Shown here piece after piece: positions 57,210 to 64,000 of a DNA stretch of 64,000 nucleotides. The DNA lies in contig CALXXJ010000004.1 in NCBI GenBank assembly GCA_944392665.1, positions 2,478 through 66,477 on the forward strand, written 5' to 3'. The translations under genes were made by a program, and so were the position numbers. Source of the stretch: an uncultured Clostridia bacterium (lineage in GTDB: Bacteria > Bacillota > Clostridia > TANB77 > CAG-508). Positions within the stretch are counted from its first letter, which is position 1, and every line of letters begins with the position of its first letter. The notes beneath the pieces were generated by a model. It saw only the letters and a list, made by a program, of their open reading frames with translations, was not told where the DNA came from and did no database searches.

Positions 57210-59258
57210 CTATTCTTTCGTTTCAGTCTGTGTTCCTTGTTCTGGTTCTTGTGTTTCATCTGGTTTTTGTGTTGGAGCTGTTTCTTCTGGAGTTTGCTCT
57301 GTTGGTTCATCACTTGGTTCTGGATTTGTTGTAGGTGTCGTCGTAGATGGACTTTGATTAGAATTGGTTGCTAATGTTCCTCTTTTTACAATCCTTTGCA
57401 TTGCACTGTAGGTATCTGTCGAAAGCAATTCTGTTGAAATCACTTTTCCATTTAACATTTTCGTCATGTATGTTTTGCAAACTAATCCATTTGTACCATT
57501 TTGTGTTACCACTTCTTTTCCAGTCGCTAAACTTGAATCTTCAACATATTTGGTTGTATATGGTATAGTAGATATAACATCTGTTCTAAATGAATATGTA
57601 TACTCTTTATCAGCTTCCTTTATTCCATATACAGAAACAGTTGCAACTCCTCCAGTAGCAGATGCTACAAGTCTTATAGGATATGTTCTTGTATTTTTAA
57701 ATCTAAAATCTGTTGCACCATATACCACTGTTGCATCTCTTCCTTTATCAACATATGATGTAACAAATTGGTGATTTCTTCTTTCGACGATTTCCATATC
57801 TGACATTAGAGCAGCATTATATAATGTTGAAGAAATTTGGCAAATACCTCCTCCTAATCCGTCTACTACTTGGCCGTTTGAATATATTTTTCCATTTCTA
57901 TAACCTGCTGCATATGTTCTTGGGCCTAATGTTTCATTATATGAAAATGTTTCTCCTGGCATAATCACTTTTCCATTTAATTTTCGGCAAGCTATTACTA
58001 AATTTGTTGTTCTATCTTTATCACTTGCATCATATCTTGTTGAAAAAGTAGATAATCGGTCTGGGAATGCTTCTGTTCCAATATCTTCTAGTGTTACTTT
58101 TGGTTTTGTTATAATTAATTCTATCACATATTCATCTTTTACTTCAGATGCAATCATTTCTTTTGCCTTTTCTACATCAAAATCAATTCCTTCTACTTCT
58201 GGATAAACTGTAAAAGGTTCTTTGGTATAATAGGCATCTTGTGCTTCTTGATAAATCTCGCTATGTATTTTATCAACATCTATTTCTTGTGGTGTTTTTG
58301 TTTCTACTGGAATTTTAATCACATTTTCTGTTTCATGAATATCATTTAGCATTTCTTCTACTTGTGATAAAAGTGTATCTGAACTGATTACAACTCCTTC
58401 TTTTCCTCTTGTAATAATCAACTCATCATCTTCAACACTATAACTAGATTCTATCAATATTCCTGGTAAATTAGCCCCAATATCATTAATAGTTTGTTTC
58501 GTTGTCTCTTCATTCATCGTCATATCTACATTAAAATCTCTTTTACCAATTAGTGTTCCTAATATATTAAAATTGTTAACAAATATATTTCCACTTCTTC
58601 CCAAAGAACAAGCTTCATTTACTGCTTTTTCTACATCATAATTCACTTCCATGAGTGTTGGATTTAGTTCTGACTCTAATTCTTCATATTGAAGCATAAT
58701 ATTTTTATTCATTTTCTCAGTATATACTGTTTCTAATTTAGCAATTGCTTCTTCTTTTGTTAATCCTGAAACCTCTATACCTTTGATTGTAACGCCACTA
58801 ATAATTTTTTCATTATTGATATTGGTTAATGCAAAAACTGTAGAAAATAGCAATGCTACAATGGCAACAATTATGATTGAAATAATGATTTTTTTTGCTT
58901 TGCTTATTTGCTTTTTTTCATTTTTAATTTCTTGACTATTTTTCTTTTTATCTTTTTTGACTTTGTTTTTTAAATCCTTATTCTGGTCATCTTTTGTCTT
59001 TTCTTTATCTTCTTGCTTTTCATCTACTTTAGCTTTATCTTGTTCTTTTTCTTCTTCTATATCTGTTACTTTTGCTTCTTCTTTTTCCTCTTGCATTGTA
59101 TTTTCATCACTTACTATTTCTTCTTTTTTATTTTGTTCTTCTTTTTTTATTTCGATTTCTTGATTTTTTTCATCTTGTAATGATTCTTCCAAGTTTTCTT
59201 TTTCCGGCTCTAAGTTTTTCTCTTCCAACTCTTTTGCCTCCATTAAATCTTCTTTCAT
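57210..59258 (-). CDS. VanW-family protein with G5 domain, N-terminal Lys/Glu-rich region and TM anchor, C-terminal Pro/Thr/Glu-rich tail
   Basis: VanW core ..GETFSYNETLGPRT..GGGICQISSTLYNAAL..ERRNHQ.. G5-like ..YVEDSSLATGKEVVTQNGTNGL..RIVKRGT. Confidence 0.8.
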   Translation of the reverse strand: MKEDLMEAKELEEKNLEPEKENLEESLQDEKNQEIEIKKEEQNKKEEIVSDENTMQEEKEEAKVTDIEEEKEQDKAKVDEKQEDKEKTKDDQNKDLKNKVKKDKKKNSQEIKNEKKQISKAKKIIISIIIVAIVALLFSTVFALTNINNEKIISGVTIKGIEVSGLTKEEAIAKLETVYTEKMNKNIMLQYEELESELNPTLMEVNYDVEKAVNEACSLGRSGNIFVNNFNILGTLIGKRDFNVDMTMNEETTKQTINDIGANLPGILIESSYSVEDDELIITRGKEGVVISSDTLLSQVEEMLNDIHETENVIKIPVETKTPQEIDVDKIHSEIYQEAQDAYYTKEPFTVYPEVEGIDFDVEKAKEMIASEVKDEYVIELIITKPKVTLEDIGTEAFPDRLSTFSTRYDASDKDRTTNLVIACRKLNGKVIMPGETFSYNETLGPRTYAAGYRNGKIYSNGQVVDGLGGGICQISSTLYNAALMSDMEIVERRNHQFVTSYVDKGRDATVVYGATDFRFKNTRTYPIRLVASATGGVATVSVYGIKEADKEYTYSFRTDVISTIPYTTKYVEDSSLATGKEVVTQNGTNGLVCKTYMTKMLNGKVISTELLSTDTYSAMQRIVKRGTLATNSNQSPSTTTPTTNPEPSDEPTEQTPEETAPTQKPDETQEPEQGTQTETKE

Positions 59259-59517
59259 AATATCTTCCCCTTTTCATTCTATCTAAATATTATCATATTC
59301 TTACTTTTTTGACAATATATCTATCTAGCTAAAAAAGAAATTCTTTGCTTATATATCTTATTCAAAGGAGCTTTTCCCAATTCACATATTTGTTACAAAA
59401 TAATTACAAAATCATTACATTTTCAATATTTTGTTTATTTTTAGAAAAAACACTTGAACAATGTAAAATTTAATATTATAATGTAATCAGCAAAAGATAA
59501 ATAAGGAGAGTTTAAAA

Positions 59518-59994
59518 ATGGAGTTAACAAAAAATATTTTTTTTAATACTGATAAATTAGTTGAAAATACAAAAGTTAAAATTTCATATACTGGACAGTT
59601 ATTTCAAGATGATTCTAAAGAAGTATCTATTCACTATGGATTTGGTGATGATTGGAATAATGTAAATGATGTTATCATGGAAAAAACAGATTTAGGATTC
59701 CAAGCTGAAATTGAATTAGGAGAAGGAAATACCTTTAATTTCTGTTTTAAAGACGAAAATGATAATTGGGATAACAACAATGGACAGAATTATGTATTTA
59801 ATTTAGAAAAACTTCCAACCGAATTATTAGTTTTAGAAGATGAGCCATCTTCATTAGGTTCTCCTAGAAAATTAAGAAAGGCTTATTTGTGGAGCAAAAA
59901 AATCCGCTTAGCTGTATACAAAATTATTACATATCTTCCAAAAATTATTTCTGGAAATTATAAGAAAAAAGCAACAAATAATAATGAAGAATAA
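59518..59994 (+). CDS. CBM25-like carbohydrate (starch)-binding module protein
   Basis: ..VSIHYGFGDDWNNV..FCFKDENDNWDNNNGQNYVF.. matches the WDNNxGxNY signature of CBM25/26 modules. Basic or hydrophobic C-terminal tail. Confidence 0.6.
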   Translation: MELTKNIFFNTDKLVENTKVKISYTGQLFQDDSKEVSIHYGFGDDWNNVNDVIMEKTDLGFQAEIELGEGNTFNFCFKDENDNWDNNNGQNYVFNLEKLPTELLVLEDEPSSLGSPRKLRKAYLWSKKIRLAVYKIITYLPKIISGNYKKKATNNNEE

Positions 59995-60000
59995 ACTATA

Positions 60001-60030
60001 AGAGGCTTTCATACAAAAGCCTCTTTTTTG
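60001..60030 (+). terminator. Rho-independent terminator
   Basis: AGAGGCTTT CATACA AAAGCCTCT, then TTTTT. Confidence 0.85.
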
Positions 60031-60090
60031 TTTTTAAAAAATGATTTTCTTTTCAGGTCAATTAAGTCCAAGTCCAAATTAATCCATTTT

Positions 60091-60819
60091 CTAAATTTCC
60101 CAACCTCCATTTATTGAAATGACTTGCCCTGTTGTAAAATTATCATCTACAAGCCATTCTATACATTTAGCAATATCTTCTGGTTTACCTATTTTTACTA
60201 ATGGTGTTTCTTCTTTTATTTGTTCAATTTCTTCTTTTGAATATCTTTTATTCATATCTGTATTAATATATCCTGGCGCTATTGAATTTACCCTTATATT
60301 TGAAGGTCCTAATTCTTTTGCTAAGGATTTTGTCATTCCATCTATTCCTGCTTTTGTAGCAGAATATGCTACTGCACAAGAACCTCCACTAATACCATAA
60401 ATAGAAGAAATATTAATAATACAACCATCTTTTTTGTTTAACATATATTTAATAACTTCCTGTGTAGTACAAAAAACAGAATATAAATTTACTTTTACAA
60501 TTTTATCCCAATCTTCATCAGTAATATCTTGAAACATTTTTTCTTGATCAATTCCTGCATTATTAATCAGTATATCAATTTTTCCATATTTTTTTATGGT
60601 ATAATCAACCATTGCTTTTACTTGTTCTCTCTTAGATACATCTGCTTTAAATATATCTATAGAAATATTTTCTTTTTCTAATTCTTCTTTTAATTTTCTT
60701 GCTTTTTCTTCAGATTGATTATAATTTGCAATTATCTTTATATTTTTTCTTGCTAAATCTTCTACAATCGCTCTTCCGATTCCTCTTGAACCACCTGTTA
60801 CAATTGCTACTCTTTCCAT
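60091..60819 (-). CDS. Short-chain dehydrogenase/reductase (FabG-like 3-oxoacyl reductase family)
   Basis: TGGSRGIGRAI, NNAG, S..YSATKAG catalytic tetrad elements. 242 aa. Confidence 0.85.
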   Translation of the reverse strand: MERVAIVTGGSRGIGRAIVEDLARKNIKIIANYNQSEEKARKLKEELEKENISIDIFKADVSKREQVKAMVDYTIKKYGKIDILINNAGIDQEKMFQDITDEDWDKIVKVNLYSVFCTTQEVIKYMLNKKDGCIINISSIYGISGGSCAVAYSATKAGIDGMTKSLAKELGPSNIRVNSIAPGYINTDMNKRYSKEEIEQIKEETPLVKIGKPEDIAKCIEWLVDDNFTTGQVISINGGWEI

Positions 60820-60937
60820 ATTCTTACCTCTTTTTTTCTTATTTCTTCTTTTTCATTTTATCATCTTCTGTTATAAATAGCAAATTACTTTATTCTCTAT
60901 TTTCAATTTGTAAAAAGAAAAGGTACTCCCATATATA

Positions 60938-62605
60938 TTATATTTTTCGCTTATAAATTTCATATGCAATAATACTAATCAATGTCATTCCAGAAATCAC
61001 TTTTGATATTATCATTAAGTTTGTTCCCACATATTCTACGACAATTTCTGCTTTGTATGTTTCTGGCAAGGAAATTGCTAAAAATCCATGTTCACTTTCA
61101 AAACTTTCGATTTCTTCACCATCTACGATTATTTTATATCCTGGATAATATATATATGGAAACTCCATGATTGTTCCATTTTCTAAAACTTTTATCTCAC
61201 AATTTAGATTTTGACCATTTTTATGTACCTCTTCAACTATTCCGTACGCCTTCAATTATGTAGATTGTATCTTCTCTTGTTCTTAAATATTTTCTATTCT
61301 CATTACTTTTTACAGGTAAATATTCCCCTTTTCCCATTCCAACAATGGTATCCCTTTTATTTTCTGTAACTTCTCCTATGGCATATTGATCAATCTCTTG
61401 AATTTCTGTATTTTTTGGTAGTAATGGCATAAGTAATCCAGTATATAAAATACAAATAGTAGAAATAGCAATAATATCCTTATAATTAAAGTTCTTGATT
61501 ATCATATTCATATTCATTACACAAATAATAGCCAAGAAAAAATTTGAAAATAGTAACATTCTCCATTTAAATTGTATAATTTGAAAAATATCTTCAAATA
61601 TTCCCCAAGGGAATTGTTTTATAGTTATTACCGTAGATAAAATTCCTAGAATGAAAAATACAATATATTCTTTTCTATATGTTTTAACAATTCCTTTTTT
61701 TATGGCAAATATAGATAAACAAAGCATAATTAAAATTGGTATTCCAACTTCAAATACATGTGTTGTATCTCCCTTTGTATCTGTATATAATAATGTTTTT
61801 ATATCTAATCCACTTTCATGTAAAGATTCTGTTGTTGCCATACTATCTTCTTGGTACACCACATAATCCGCAAAAAAATAGGTTTCTACCATTGTCACCC
61901 AGAAAAACGCACTAATACCAAGAATACATAATATGGAAATCCCTAATTGTTTTAAGATTTCTCTATCTTTTAATTTTACAATATTTACACATACATATAT
62001 ACCAGCCATAATGGCTGTTAATAATGTCATTAGAATATGTGTCAAAATTAAACCGAATAGCCCCTATACATAATATGTAAATGCCTTTTTCTTTTTGGAA
62101 TATTTTATATAATCCTAAAAATACCAATGGAATAAATATATAACTTAAAAATTCTCCTAAAGCATTTCTAATATACATATCATTTAAATGATATGGCATT
62201 AACATATATAGAATTGCTGCAAGTGTTCCTATTTCTTTACTTTTAGTTAATTGACTCACAAACCAATACATGGTTATTCCGAGAAAGGAAAAGCCCTATA
62301 AATAAAGTTAATTTATATCCACCAATAAAGGTTGTCGTTATACATTTACCAATCAAAATTAATATTGTTGAAAAATTTCCATAAAATAAATCCCAGCTAT
62401 ATCCAAATCCATTTGCTAGGCTGGATAAAACTTCTGTATGTTCTCCATTTACAATAGATAGATAAGTTGCATATGCTCTGGCTATATGCTGAATTCCATC
62501 ATCATAATACACATATAAATCTTTGCTAAAAAGAGGAACGGATATAATAATTGCTACCACTAAAATGAGGAAAATGTATTTATATTTTTTTAGTTTATCT
62601 TTCAT
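60938..62605 (-). pseudogene. Large polytopic membrane protein (glycosyltransferase-39/YfhO-like architecture), split into four ORFs by three +1 frame breaks, each at an in-frame CGG
   Basis: ORFs 62243..62605, 61963..62271, 61233..62045 and 60938..61255 are successive +1 frames. Joins: TCT C GGA (62281), ATT C GGT (62055), GTA C GGA (61244). 1668 nt minus 3 gives 555 codons. The family call is tentative. Confidence 0.75.
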
Positions 62606-62734
62606 TTTATTTTTGTCGTATAATGAAAATATTGATTATACGAATTTCTCCTTTCTTTATCTTAGGTATATGTTAAAATTTCTAGATATTTTATCTATAG
62701 ATTATCACAAATTAAGAAAAAAATATATAGCAAT

Positions 62735-63871
62735 TTATTTTTTATTTTGCAATATTTCTGCTTGTTCTCCACCAATAATTTCTCCTGTAGTTGCGTCAAC
62801 ATAGTATTTTTTATCATATTTTTCTCTTATATTTTCCATATCATATTCTCTTATTGGATATTCCGTATCATGTTTTACTGTTACAACCCATACATTTCTA
62901 CTTTTTTCTTCTATTGTATATTTACCATCATGATTATCTATATTATTTTCTAATCCCCAAATAAATAAATTCATTTTTTCAATAGATAATTCTGCTTCTA
63001 TGTTAGAAATATCAAGATTTGAAAATTCCTTTTCTTTTTCCTCTGCAATTTTTATAGCTTCTTCTTTTGTAAGAATAATAGGATTATTTTCAAAATTTCC
63101 TTTTATATTTCCAGTAACTACATAATAGTAAACTTTATCACTATTTACTAAAAAAGCAATAGAATAATAATCTTCCATATCAAACCTATCCTCATACTTT
63201 TTAGCAAATATAATATTCCACATTTTATTACTATTTTCACCAAATGTATAATCATTTTCCTCTGCTTTAGCCACTTCATATCCATTATTGATGAATTCTA
63301 TGCCTAAATTTTGATATGTTTGTTCCGCAATTTGAATTGCTTTCTGACTATCTATTTTATCTGGATTTACATTTTTATTCATAATGTCATTGTTAATCAT
63401 ATTATATAATTCTCCAGTTTTTGGATCTATTGTAATTGTTTTATTTGTATCTGTTTTTATAATATAATTAACACTATTTTCATATCCTCTCAAAAGATTC
63501 GTTTCCGTAATATTTTCGTTTGTATATCCTAGCTTGCTAAGTATGGATATAACTATTTTATTTGCTTCATCATTTGTAATAAATTCTTCTTTTTCTTCAT
63601 TTGTTATTTCTGACTTTATATTTGCAATTTCTTCTTCCTTTTGCTCTTGGGTTACATATGTAGGTGATTTCCATATTTTTTCATACAAATTTGTTGTAGC
63701 ATATACGATTCCTGTTCCTAATCCTAATACAACTAAAATTGTGGCAACTGATTTTGCTATTTTATTGATTTTTGGCATACTGCGTTCCTCCTCTTTAAAT
63801 TCGGATATAGCTATTTTCATTTGTGATTTTTCAATTATATTTTCAATTATTTTATTTTCGTTCATAACCAT
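62735..63871 (-). CDS. Anti-sigma-factor-like membrane protein with extracytoplasmic PepSY-like repeats
   Basis: Short cytoplasmic N-terminus, one TM segment (SVATILVVLGLGTGIVYA), then PepSY-like ends ..TIDPKTGELYNM.. and ..YYVDATTGEIIGGE.. The start overlaps the sigma-factor stop. Confidence 0.6.
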   Translation of the reverse strand: MVMNENKIIENIIEKSQMKIAISEFKEEERSMPKINKIAKSVATILVVLGLGTGIVYATTNLYEKIWKSPTYVTQEQKEEEIANIKSEITNEEKEEFITNDEANKIVISILSKLGYTNENITETNLLRGYENSVNYIIKTDTNKTITIDPKTGELYNMINNDIMNKNVNPDKIDSQKAIQIAEQTYQNLGIEFINNGYEVAKAEENDYTFGENSNKMWNIIFAKKYEDRFDMEDYYSIAFLVNSDKVYYYVVTGNIKGNFENNPIILTKEEAIKIAEEKEKEFSNLDISNIEAELSIEKMNLFIWGLENNIDNHDGKYTIEEKSRNVWVVTVKHDTEYPIREYDMENIREKYDKKYYVDATTGEIIGGEQAEILQNKK

Positions 63872-64000
63872 ACCCCCTTTTTTCTAATTCTTTTTTTAAC
63901 TTTTTTCTTATTCTGGATAATCTTGATTTTACATTAATTTCCGATATGCTAAGCTCCCTAGATATATCCTTTATTTTTTTGGAAGAATAATAATAACTTG
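63852..64000 (-). CDS. 3' end of an ECF-type sigma-70 factor (region 4), truncated by the window edge
   Basis: Minus-strand frame reads ..SYYYSSKKIKDISRELSISEINVKSRLSRIRKKLKKELEKRGYGYERK* (region 4.2 HTH). Stop at 63852-63854. Confidence 0.7.
   Translation of the reverse strand, partial: SYYYSSKKIKDISRELSISEINVKSRLSRIRKKLKKELEKRGYGYERK

Overview
Very AT-rich, gene-dense 64-kb chromosomal segment. It looks like a low-GC Firmicute (Clostridia/Erysipelotrichia-like): TTGACA-17-TATAAT promoters, GGAGG ribosome-binding sites, and tRNAs with encoded CCA. I can support about 50 protein-coding genes and 4 tRNAs (Gly-TCC, Pro-TGG, Arg-ACG, Lys-CTT). I see no rRNA, no CRISPR array and no transposase, integrase or phage genes.

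Layout:
- 1-19 kb: small accessory and regulatory genes. These include two transglutaminase-fold proteins, a Qnr-like pentapeptide protein, an HTH/DUF2975 pair, an M18 aminopeptidase, an FAD-Rieske oxidoreductase, a VanS/VanR-like two-component pair, a C39-like peptidase and two BNR/Asp-box proteins.
- 19.3-27.7 kb: a nine-gene V/A-type ATPase operon.
- 27.8-28.4 kb: a tRNA islet with a Fic-gene remnant.
- 28.5-31.9 kb: an ABC-2 exporter locus.
- 36.3-49.1 kb: acyl-CoA ligase, a 2470-aa C-A-T-C-A-T-R NRPS, a 7TM histidine kinase and an HD-GYP response regulator.
- 49-64 kb: housekeeping genes (tex, dCMP deaminase, ABC-F, CapA-like, corA, VanW/G5 protein, SDR) and a sigma/anti-sigma pair at the right edge.

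Hunt highlights:
1. Only six CGG codons are in frame in the genes annotated here. Five sit exactly at a +1 frame break (a C in front of a Gly GGN codon) in three otherwise intact genes. The sixth lies 3 codons before a stop. This is either a systematic assembly artefact or CGG-linked recoding.
2. The reductase-terminated lipo-dipeptide NRPS is translationally coupled to a sensor kinase and followed by a c-di-GMP phosphodiesterase regulator.
3. A family of GGGAC-word repeats (TTGGGGACG core) and long intergenic palindromes lies at gene ends and brackets the NRPS module.
4. The V-ATPase c/K subunit has a signal peptide and a Ser/Thr/Gln/Glu-rich extension fused to a single proteolipid hairpin.

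All functional calls come from motifs read by eye; no database search was possible.
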